Shown: in pieces, positions 37,619 through 45,607 of the stretch
How positions within the stretch are numbered: position 1 is the first letter of the stretch
How the letters are laid out: every line of letters begins with the position of its first letter
From: Flavobacteriales bacterium
Lineage (GTDB): Bacteria > Bacteroidota > Bacteroidia > Flavobacteriales > Flavobacteriaceae
Assembly (NCBI GenBank): GCA_038259585.1
Contig: JBBSOQ010000010.1
Span: 30,678-94,677 of the forward strand
DNA: 64,000 bases
Reading direction: 5' to 3'
Program-made: the position numbers and the translations under genes
Notes under the pieces: model-generated
The model's input: only the letters and a program-made list of their open reading frames with translations
The model's database searches: none
Told to the model about the DNA's origin: nothing

Positions 37619-38641
37619 TTATTTTTCAAAACTTATACTCCAAATTCCACGAACCTGATTTTCAGTATAACCAATTGCTTTATCAGCTGGGTATAGTTCT
37701 TTTATTTTGGACAAGTTGATCGTTTCCAGTTCCTTTCCGGGAGTTCCATGGCATTTTAAACACATGGAGTTAGTTATAATTGGGTAATAAAATTCTGTTT
37801 CAGTTCCCATTTCCACAATAATTGGATTCACTTCTGAGCCCGCAGCAACTTGTTTTTTGAAATTTTCCAAGTATAACAGTTCCGAATCATTTGCCTTGTT
37901 TTTAGGGTTTCTAGGCTTGTCTGAAACACGCTTAATATGTGCTTTATGAACAGTAGCCATACTATCAGTTATAGGCATTGCTTGGATATTGCAAAAATCG
38001 AGCGCCGCAATCACACCGTTTTTTTGAATTTGGCCCATCAGGTTTTTCCCCAATTCGGCTTTGGTGGTTTGTGTCATTTGCATGCCACGTTCCTTAAGCG
38101 TAAGCTTTCCATCACTATTTCCTTTTTTTTGTCCCATTCCCATTCCTTTGCCTTGACCCATTTTCCTTTTCATTCCTGGTCGGTCACCGTGCATTTGGTT
38201 GTAATGTGATTCAAACCATGCGGGTTCTTCTATTTCGTTGTCGAACATATAATCCGCGATTTGTTTTATGGTTTCCTCTGGAAAAAATTGATAAGGCATC
38301 AATCCAAATTTATTAATAGCACCCGGCATTTTTGATTTTTCTTCGGAAGGTTTTTTGGCCCAACCAACCATTGCATTTATAAAATCTTCCTTTGAAGTAT
38401 CCTGAGAAATATAATGCATTTTTACCGCTATCATTGGCGGTGCCATCATGCTTTCTTCTGAAGTTTTTGGATTGTGGCAAACGTAGCAATTGTTCTCCAT
38501 CAATTTTTTTCCTGGATGTTCCTGATGAATCTCAAGTTCGGGATTTTGAGTATTTTCAGCAATCGCCAAATATTCGTTTCGCGTATTGGTATTACAGGCC
38601 GTGAATAGGCTAATAAAAAAAAGTGTGGCTAAAAATTTCAT
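37619..38641 (-). CDS. Lipoprotein with cytochrome c domain plus DUF3365 (Tll0287-like) heme domain
   Basis: Lipobox FTAC; CYVCH and CLKCH heme sites; ALDFC, RVSDKPRNP, GYTENQVRG. Confidence 0.8.
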   Translation of the reverse strand: MKFLATLFFISLFTACNTNTRNEYLAIAENTQNPELEIHQEHPGKKLMENNCYVCHNPKTSEESMMAPPMIAVKMHYISQDTSKEDFINAMVGWAKKPSEEKSKMPGAINKFGLMPYQFFPEETIKQIADYMFDNEIEEPAWFESHYNQMHGDRPGMKRKMGQGKGMGMGQKKGNSDGKLTLKERGMQMTQTTKAELGKNLMGQIQKNGVIAALDFCNIQAMPITDSMATVHKAHIKRVSDKPRNPKNKANDSELLYLENFKKQVAAGSEVNPIIVEMGTETEFYYPIITNSMCLKCHGTPGKELETINLSKIKELYPADKAIGYTENQVRGIWSISFEK

Positions 38642-38697
38642 ATCTTAAGGATAAAGTGTGTATTCTTCAAAAATAAATTTAAACAGCACAATTGGCA

Positions 38698-38711
38698 GTA
38701 ACAAAAGTTAC
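38698..38711. promoter_or_regulatory. GTAAC-AAAA-GTTAC box upstream of the DUF3365-TPMT operon
   Basis: Perfect palindrome; centre 36.5 bp from - strand TATTTTTG (38668-38675). Confidence 0.8.
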
Positions 38712-38751
38712 ACTTTAAACTTTTTAAAATGAAATAATTAGATTTTTAATT

Positions 38752-39384
38752 TTAAAGTGAAATTATCTTAATGCTATTTCTATAAAGTTCTATTTTGCCC
38801 ATAGATTCCAGCTTTTTCAACAAGCGCGAAACCACAACCCGAGAGGTGTGCAATTCGTATGCAATTTCTTGGTGCGTTGAATTTATAGTATCGCTTTTAT
38901 TTACTTTTTGTTTATTCTGAAGATATTTAACCAAACGCTCATCCATATTCAAAAAAGCAATACTATCTATGGTTTCGAGCATTTCCGTGAGGCGTTCGTG
39001 ATAGCTTTGAAATACAAAATCGCGCCAGCTTTTATATTTTCCCGTCCATTCCTCCATTTTTTGAATAGGAATCATAATAAGCATGGTATCCATTTCTGCT
39101 ATCGCCCTGATTTCACTTTTGGTTTGACCCAAACAACATGTCATTGTCATGGCGCAAGTATCGCCGCGTTCCAAAAAATAGAGCAATAATTCATCGCCAT
39201 TATCATCTTCCCTTAAAATTTTTATTGCCCCAGAAATTAGCAGTGGCATGGACCGCACATAATCGCCAATTTCTATAAGTTTTTCACCTTCTTTCACTTC
39301 CTTTAAAGTTCCTACTTGATTGATTTCGTCAATAAGGGCATCTTCAAAAATTGCGGCGTAATTTTCTTTTAAATACGTAAGCAT
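38752..39384 (-). CDS. Crp/Fnr-family transcriptional regulator
   Basis: cNMP-like beta-barrel with TCAMTMTCC; HTH helix HTSRVVVSRLL. Confidence 0.93.
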   Translation of the reverse strand: MLTYLKENYAAIFEDALIDEINQVGTLKEVKEGEKLIEIGDYVRSMPLLISGAIKILREDDNGDELLLYFLERGDTCAMTMTCCLGQTKSEIRAIAEMDTMLIMIPIQKMEEWTGKYKSWRDFVFQSYHERLTEMLETIDSIAFLNMDERLVKYLQNKQKVNKSDTINSTHQEIAYELHTSRVVVSRLLKKLESMGKIELYRNSIKIISL

Positions 39385-39432
39385 GCAAAATTATTTAGGT
39401 GGATTTTGAATAGCTAAAATACGGCTTTAAAA

Positions 39433-40398
39433 TCACTTTTCTTTTGAGTCTTTCTTTTTCTGTTTTTCCAATTTTCTAAAATATCCGCGGAAAAAGAAGT
39501 TGTGTTGTAAGGCCTCCATATTTTGATTCAGTTTTTCAGACGCTTCTTTTATTTGAATCATTGTGGAATCCAACTCCTTTACAAAACTTTCATTCTGGGT
39601 GATATGATTGAGAGCTCCTTTTCCAGATTTTATTTCCCTTAAATAATCATCTAGATTTTTGGTAATTGCATTAATATCATCGCTGGATTTTTCTAGATTA
39701 CTAAAAACAGTTCTAATCTGAGTTGCGGTGGCAGTATCGCTCAAAATTACGGCCGCGGCACTTTCGTCATAATTTACTTTTGAAATAATAGTATTGATTT
39801 TACCCATAGCCAACCCTGCTCCTTCCGAGGTTTTCTTTAGTTCTAAAATTGTTTGGTAAATATTCTGCGCTAAAATTGTATCACTGATTAAGACCCCAAT
39901 AGTTCCTTTTCCTTCAAGAATTTGATGGGTAATTTTTAAAAGATCTGTACTTGTTTTATCTAATGTAGCGAGCATATCGTCCATCCCCACTTTACTGACG
40001 GATTGAATTACGTCTCCGGTAACAACACCCGCACCCTGCACATCATTTCCGGGAGTGATATTTACCACCATACTTCCAACCAAACCATCCGAACTGATAG
40101 AGGCCACAGCATCTTTTTTTATGAAATATGAAGCCTCTTCTTCCACCGTCATTTCAATAATAATCTTACCCACTTCTTTCATTTCTATGCCAGTTACCGT
40201 TCCCACATTAATGCCAGAGTAACGGACATTGTTTCCTAATTGTAGTCCGTTTACATTGTCAAAAACTGCATATACTTCTATATTTTTGGTGAAAATATGT
40301 TGTCGTGAGCCTATTAAATAAAGGGCGCCCACGAGAATAATAGTTCCTACGATCACAAAGATTCCAACTCTTATTTTTTGTGAATTTGATTTTCCCAT
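39433..40398 (-). CDS. MlaD/MCE family protein
   Basis: Start moved to MGKSNSQ; NGLQLGNNVRYSGINVG, SSDGLVG motifs. Confidence 0.88.
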   Translation of the reverse strand: MGKSNSQKIRVGIFVIVGTIILVGALYLIGSRQHIFTKNIEVYAVFDNVNGLQLGNNVRYSGINVGTVTGIEMKEVGKIIIEMTVEEEASYFIKKDAVASISSDGLVGSMVVNITPGNDVQGAGVVTGDVIQSVSKVGMDDMLATLDKTSTDLLKITHQILEGKGTIGVLISDTILAQNIYQTILELKKTSEGAGLAMGKINTIISKVNYDESAAAVILSDTATATQIRTVFSNLEKSSDDINAITKNLDDYLREIKSGKGALNHITQNESFVKELDSTMIQIKEASEKLNQNMEALQHNFFFRGYFRKLEKQKKKDSKEK

Positions 40399-40402
40399 AA
40401 AA

Positions 40403-41155
40403 TTAATTTTTAAAAAATGCTCTAGTTTGGGGATCATTCGAATTTGAAAGTTCCTCAAAAGTACCTTCGGCATAATTGGTTCCATCCACCAACAATATCA
40501 TCCGATCTGAAATAACCCGTGCACAATCTACGTCGTGCGTAATGATAAGAGAAGATGTGTTGTATTCTTTTTGAATGCTTCGCATAAGTTGAATAATTTC
40601 GTTTGCAGTAATAGGATCCAAACCTGTAGTTGGTTCATCATACATAATAATCTTCGGCTTTAAAATCAATGCCCGAGCTAATGCCACCCTGCGCTGCATT
40701 CCACCAGAAAGTTCCGAAGGCATCAAATCGATAGCATTTAAAAGCCCCACACTTTTGAGCGCTTCCTTTACCGATTGTTCAGTACTGTGGAAATCTTCTA
40801 GTTTATCCTTATGACGCCGAAGTGGAAATTCTAAATTTTCACGCACGGTCATAGAATCGTATAAGGCACTTCCCTGAAAAAGAAAACCGATTTCTGTACG
40901 TAAAAAATCCAATTCCTGCTGGCCCATAGTAATGATATCTTGATCTTTAATTGTGATACTTCCGCTATCTGGTTGAATCAAACCTACAATACACTTAACC
41001 ATTACAGATTTCCCCGAACCGGATTTCCCCATAATCACTAAGTTTTCCCCTTCATATAATTTCATACTAAATCCTTTGAGCACTTGGTTGTCGCCAAAAC
41101 TCTTTTTAATATTTTTCAGTTCAAGAACTGGTTTTTTATTTGTTTCAGAATTCAT
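40403..41155 (-). CDS. ABC transporter ATP-binding protein (MlaF-like)
   Basis: GKSGSGKS, LSGGMQRR, YDEPTTGLDP. Confidence 0.92.
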   Translation of the reverse strand: MNSETNKKPVLELKNIKKSFGDNQVLKGFSMKLYEGENLVIMGKSGSGKSVMVKCIVGLIQPDSGSITIKDQDIITMGQQELDFLRTEIGFLFQGSALYDSMTVRENLEFPLRRHKDKLEDFHSTEQSVKEALKSVGLLNAIDLMPSELSGGMQRRVALARALILKPKIIMYDEPTTGLDPITANEIIQLMRSIQKEYNTSSLIITHDVDCARVISDRMILLVDGTNYAEGTFEELSNSNDPQTRAFFKN

Positions 41156-41937
41156 TATGTAGTGAAAAATATATCGGTTACAAAAACGGCAATAAAGTCA
41201 ATTATAAACAGCAACATGGAGGCATAAACCACCGCCGAGTTTGATGCCTCTCCCACCCCAACGGTTCCAGTGGCGCAATTATATCCTTTGTAAGTACCCA
41301 CTAGGCCAATAGCAAAACCAAAGAAAAAAGTTTTGACGGTTGCGGGAAAAACGTCACTAAATTTCAAAGCGTCAAAAACTTGATTGAAATAAAGCGTGTA
41401 TGAAACACCTCCTTTTAAGTTTTCAATGATTGCAGAACCAATTAGAGCAACGGCATCGCCCAATATTACTAATAATGGCAACATAAGTGTTACCGCTAAA
41501 ATTCTAGTAACTACCAAATATTTAAAGGGATTGGTTCCCGAAACTTCCATCGCATCAATTTGTTCCGTCACTCTCATGGAACCTAGCTCGGCACCTATTC
41601 CTGAACCAATTCTTCCCGCACAGATTAAAGCGATAATTACAGGCCCTATTTCTCTAATTATGGAAAGACTAATCATTGAAGCCATCCAGGATTCCGCTCC
41701 AAATTGCATTAAGGTAGGCCGAGATTGAAGGGTAAAAACAAGACCTAATATAAAGCCCGTAACCACAACCAGAAATAATGAACGGTTTCCCATATTATAA
41801 CACTGCCTGAGCAATTCCCTAAACTCGAAAGGCCTGCTGAACAATTCCTTAAAAAAACGACTGGCAAATAAAGTCATATCGCCTATTTCGGTGAAAAACG
41901 ACTTTGCTCGGGTTATGATAGCGTTTGCTTTATTCAT
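41155..41937 (-). CDS. MlaE family ABC permease
   Basis: REIGPV, AGRIGSGIGAELGSMRVTEQIDA. Confidence 0.93.
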   Translation of the reverse strand: MNKANAIITRAKSFFTEIGDMTLFASRFFKELFSRPFEFRELLRQCYNMGNRSLFLVVVTGFILGLVFTLQSRPTLMQFGAESWMASMISLSIIREIGPVIIALICAGRIGSGIGAELGSMRVTEQIDAMEVSGTNPFKYLVVTRILAVTLMLPLLVILGDAVALIGSAIIENLKGGVSYTLYFNQVFDALKFSDVFPATVKTFFFGFAIGLVGTYKGYNCATGTVGVGEASNSAVVYASMLLFIIDFIAVFVTDIFFTT

Positions 41938-41985
41938 TTAGAATTGGGAAAAAGCAAATGTATTTGAGAATCTAGCGAATAACTA

Positions 41986-41997
41986 TGATATACATCA
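41986..41997. promoter_or_regulatory. Fnr-like box TGAT-ATAC-ATCA upstream of mlaE
   Basis: Centre 36.5 bp from - strand TACATTTG (41955-41962). Confidence 0.75.
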
Positions 41998-42136
41998 GTT
42001 ATTAAATTTATGCGATGGGTTGAAATTCTTAACTTAGGAAACTCAGCTAATTCAATTTTAAATTCACATTTATAAATCTAATCGCTAATAATTTTTTTGA
42101 GCCAAACAAATTATCTCTGGATTCTTTCCTTGATTA

Positions 42137-42148
42137 TGACCTATGTCA
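42137..42148. promoter_or_regulatory. Fnr-like box TGAC-CTAT-GTCA upstream of the patatin gene
   Basis: Centre 36.5 bp from + strand GAAATTTG (42172-42179). Confidence 0.65.
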
Positions 42149-42196
42149 GGGTTTGATACCTTTAAATTTTAGAAATTTGTTATATAATTTGATGCA

Positions 42197-42970
42197 ATGA
42201 CAAATATTGGATTAGTTCTTTCAGGTGGCGGAGCACGCGGCGCGGCGCATATTGGCGCATTAAAAGCATTTGAAGAGTACGGTATTTCACCTACACATGT
42301 TTCCGGAACAAGTGTTGGCTCCATTGTAGGCGCACTGTATTCGGCTGGTGTTCATTGGTCTGAAATATTAAAATTCTTTAAAACCATCTCTATTTTTCAC
42401 ACAAAAAGATTTGCCTTTAATAAACCAGGCTTTTTAGATTCCGAAAAGTTTTATGACGACCTTAAAGTGTTTTTTCCAAGAGACAACTTTGACGTTTTAG
42501 AAAAATCTCTATTCATAACTGCAACAAACGTGATATCGGGAAATTTAAAAATTTTTAGCAAAGGGCAGCTTATAAAACCGGTTATAGCTTCAGCTTCTTT
42601 TCCCGGATTTTTCACTCCTACTGAAATTAATGGTTCTTACTATATTGATGGAGGAATTCTAAATAACTTCCCCGTGGAACCTCTTAAAAAACACTGTGAT
42701 AAAATTATTGGGGTCTATATTAATTCGTTGAAGAAGATTAGTATTACGGACTTGAACCATTCCTATAATGTTGCTGACAGAGCGCTAAAAATAAGAGCGG
42801 CCTCAGATTCTCTAAAAAAATTCCCAGAATGTGATCTCATAATTTCGCCAAGAGATCTGGGGAATTATGCCATTTTTGGAATGAGCAAAATAGATGCAAT
42901 TTTTGAATTGGGCTATTCTGCCGCAGTTGAAGCTTTAAAAGAAAATGAAAATGATTTTAAAAACTATTAA
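42197..42970 (+). CDS. Patatin-like phospholipase
   Basis: GGGARG, GTSVG, DGG motifs. Confidence 0.93.
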   Translation: MTNIGLVLSGGGARGAAHIGALKAFEEYGISPTHVSGTSVGSIVGALYSAGVHWSEILKFFKTISIFHTKRFAFNKPGFLDSEKFYDDLKVFFPRDNFDVLEKSLFITATNVISGNLKIFSKGQLIKPVIASASFPGFFTPTEINGSYYIDGGILNNFPVEPLKKHCDKIIGVYINSLKKISITDLNHSYNVADRALKIRAASDSLKKFPECDLIISPRDLGNYAIFGMSKIDAIFELGYSAAVEALKENENDFKNY

Positions 42971-43732
42971 CTACTCAACTTCAAGCTGAATCGGGCAGTG
43001 ATCGGAACCATGATATTCTGATAATATTTCTACCTTTTTTATTTTTTTAACCAAAGTATCACTGACTAAAAAATAATCTATCCGCCAACCCGTATTACGT
43101 TCCCGAGCCTTAAATCGATAATTCCAGTAAGTATAAGCAACCGTATCTGGATGAAAATACCGAAACGTATCTACAAAACCTTCTTTAAGTAGACTGTCCA
43201 TTCCATCAATTTCTATCTGGGTGTAGCCTGCAGTTTTGTTGTAATTGGATTTGTCGTTTTTAAGGTCAATGGCATGATGCGCCACATTCAAATCGCCACA
43301 AAGAATTACTGGTTTTGTTTTCTCCAAATTTTTTAGATAATTTCGGAAATCGTTGTCCCAATTTTTTCTGTAATCCAGTCTTTCCAGTTTTTGTCCCGAA
43401 TTAGGAACGTAAACATTTACTAAATAAAAATTTTCGTATTCTGCGCAAAGTACCCGTCCTTCCGTATCGCGTTCGGCAATTCCCATATCAGGAGTAACTG
43501 AAAGCGGTTCTTTTTTGCTCAAAATTGCAACCCCGGAATATCCTTTCCTTTCTGCCGAATTATAATAAGAATGATAATTACTAATTTTAGACAGGGCAGC
43601 CTCAACTTCACTATCCTGTGCTTTTGTTTCCTGTAAGCAAACTACATCTGGATTCAATTTAGAAAAATCTTCAAAGAAATTCTTTTTTGTTATAGCCCTT
43701 ATTCCGTTAATGTTCCACGAGATTATTTTCAT
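42971..43732 (-). CDS. xth: Exodeoxyribonuclease III / AP endonuclease
   Basis: SWNINGIR, LQETK, GDLNVAH, GWRIDY, SDHCP. Confidence 0.95.
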   Translation of the reverse strand: MKIISWNINGIRAITKKNFFEDFSKLNPDVVCLQETKAQDSEVEAALSKISNYHSYYNSAERKGYSGVAILSKKEPLSVTPDMGIAERDTEGRVLCAEYENFYLVNVYVPNSGQKLERLDYRKNWDNDFRNYLKNLEKTKPVILCGDLNVAHHAIDLKNDKSNYNKTAGYTQIEIDGMDSLLKEGFVDTFRYFHPDTVAYTYWNYRFKARERNTGWRIDYFLVSDTLVKKIKKVEILSEYHGSDHCPIQLEVE

Positions 43733-43844
43733 AGCTGGTCTGTTCTTCTGTAAATATCAGAAAGGTGCAGCGAATTAACAATTAATATGAAGAAGAAATT
43801 CTATAAACATTTAGAACATTTATTTTTATAAATAGCCGGAAAAA

Positions 43845-43856
43845 TGATAAAAATCA
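43845..43856. promoter_or_regulatory. Fnr-like box TGAT-AAAA-ATCA upstream of the L,D-transpeptidase gene
   Basis: Centre 36.5 bp from + strand TATCATTG (43880-43887); overlaps the ORF-track ATG, implying the real start is 43904. Confidence 0.65.
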
Positions 43857-43903
43857 TACCATTTGGACAATTAACTAACTATCATTGGAATTCAATAAAA
43901 CCG

Positions 43904-44851
43904 ATGAGAAATATACTATTCTTTCTTTCTTCTTTTATACTTATAGGTTGCTTAAATAGTAATAAGGCTGGTATTGAAGGGAAATCAACTAACGAAACTG
44001 TTCCAGTTAAAACTGATACTTTAACGCAAGATATTTCTAGAAAACAAATTGAATTAATAGTCAATAAAGACGTTCCGATTCGCTCTTACTTTAAATGGAT
44101 GGACAGTATTGTATCGGAACACAACCAAACCCACAGTTATTCTATTGATGAGTATATTATTGTCCACAACAACAAATGGATTATGGACACTTTGGCACAT
44201 ACAGATTATTACTACCTAAAGGATAAAGGGATTTTTAATGAAGACTCCCAATCACTAATAGCCTTAAAAAAAAATCAAGTTTTAATCATTCCAGATTCAC
44301 TTGAAACCCAAAACTTGAGAACTCAGCTATTTGATACTTATTTAGAAATCAACATACCAGAATTTAGACTTAGAATATTTCAAGATGGGAAAGAAATTTA
44401 TAAGTTTCCCGTGAGAGTTGGAAAAAACGGTAAAAAATATATGGAGATGGCTAAAGCCCAAGTGGATATGCGAACAAAGATAGGAACTGGCGAAATTATT
44501 CGTGTAAATAAAAAGCCTGCATTTGCAAATCCTACGGATAATCATAAATACAAAAAAACAACACGCGATGATGGTAAAAGGACTGCCCTGCCCGCTATTC
44601 CGTGGCTGGAGCCTTCTATAAATGGCCGCAGTGTGGGGCAACTTATTCACCCTACCACAAACATTGCTACATTGGGAAAGGTTTATTCAAATGGCTGTAT
44701 TGGGTTAAGAGAATCTGACGCTTGGATAGTATATTATTTTGCACCGCTAGGTACAAAAGTGGTTATTAAATATGAATTGGAAGGTAAGAATGACGCAGGG
44801 GAAACTGTTGAATTTGAAGACATTTATTCCAGATTTAAGAATAAAAAATAA
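43904..44851 (+). CDS. L,D-transpeptidase (YkuD) lipoprotein
   Basis: MRNILFFLSSFILIGC lipobox; INIPEFRL, IHPT...SNGCIGL catalytic motif. Confidence 0.85.
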   Translation: MRNILFFLSSFILIGCLNSNKAGIEGKSTNETVPVKTDTLTQDISRKQIELIVNKDVPIRSYFKWMDSIVSEHNQTHSYSIDEYIIVHNNKWIMDTLAHTDYYYLKDKGIFNEDSQSLIALKKNQVLIIPDSLETQNLRTQLFDTYLEINIPEFRLRIFQDGKEIYKFPVRVGKNGKKYMEMAKAQVDMRTKIGTGEIIRVNKKPAFANPTDNHKYKKTTRDDGKRTALPAIPWLEPSINGRSVGQLIHPTTNIATLGKVYSNGCIGLRESDAWIVYYFAPLGTKVVIKYELEGKNDAGETVEFEDIYSRFKNKK

Positions 44852-44925
44852 AACATTTTTAGCCGTAGTATTAACTTGTTTTAAATATCATTTTTTATTC
44901 TGAATTCTTCATATTACGCTAAGTC

Positions 44926-45504
44926 TCAAAAATCCCAAGCCAACCCAATACCGAAAGAGATATAATTAAGCTTCAAGTTCGTTGAAACATTTGAAATCTC
45001 AAGATCTCTGGAAAGAGAACGATACCGGAGCATTGGTCGAAACGAAAGATTTGGGGCAAACTCATAGTCAACGCCAGCGGCAACTTGCCAGCCAAAGCCA
45101 TGACCAGTATCTGCAGTAATATCATTCGCGGTATTTTCGAATTCAATATGATTGTAAACCGCGCCTGCCTGTGCTATATATGAAAATACAGAGGTGCCAA
45201 TGGGATGCATAATCTGAAAACCGAAGGTATATCCAGTTTCGTCTAAATTATTGTTTTCCTTTGAAATTCTATCATCACCTTTCAATTGGTTCTGACCCCA
45301 ACCTGCATAAAAAGCTAAATGAGGCATAATTTTATATGCGCCCGTAATTTCAAATCCAAAGCCAACCTTTGCTTCAGTATTTCCCACATCATTAGTAGGA
45401 AAACTTAGACCAGGTCTAAATTCCACCGTCCATTTTTCCTGTGCCTTCACAGTAAATGAAATTAGTAGGATAATTATAGCAAGCCAAAAACTGTAGTTCT
45501 TCAT
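44926..45504 (-). CDS. Outer-membrane beta-barrel protein (OmpA-like TM/porin family)
   Basis: Signal peptide, alternating aromatic strands, C-terminal Phe. Confidence 0.8.
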   Translation of the reverse strand: MKNYSFWLAIIILLISFTVKAQEKWTVEFRPGLSFPTNDVGNTEAKVGFGFEITGAYKIMPHLAFYAGWGQNQLKGDDRISKENNNLDETGYTFGFQIMHPIGTSVFSYIAQAGAVYNHIEFENTANDITADTGHGFGWQVAAGVDYEFAPNLSFRPMLRYRSLSRDLEISNVSTNLKLNYISFGIGLAWDF

Positions 45505-45562
45505 AATGTTGGATTCTAATTAATCACTATCCAAAATTACCTATGAAATAAATTTTTTAATA

Positions 45563-45574
45563 TGACTAAAATCA
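45563..45574. promoter_or_regulatory. Fnr-like box TGAC-TAAA-ATCA upstream of the OMP gene
   Basis: Centre 36.5 bp from - strand TAATTTTG (45532-45539). Confidence 0.75.
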
Positions 45575-45607
45575 GTTTAATACTGTTTATCAATATTTTA
45601 AAGTATT

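Noticed and set aside
39386-39393. TAATTTTG box upstream of the Crp/Fnr gene
   Set aside because: It ends 1 nt from the ATG, too close to be its promoter unless the start codon is misassigned.
42968-42973. Abutting stop codons of convergent patatin and xth genes
   Set aside because: Common in compact genomes; no further signal.
43844-43903. ORF-track N-terminus of the L,D-transpeptidase
   Set aside because: It overlaps the Fnr-like box and -7 element; a lipoprotein signal starts at 43904. Similar over-extended starts were trimmed for DUF3298, trxA, hxlR, mlaD, accC and the PQQ dehydrogenase.
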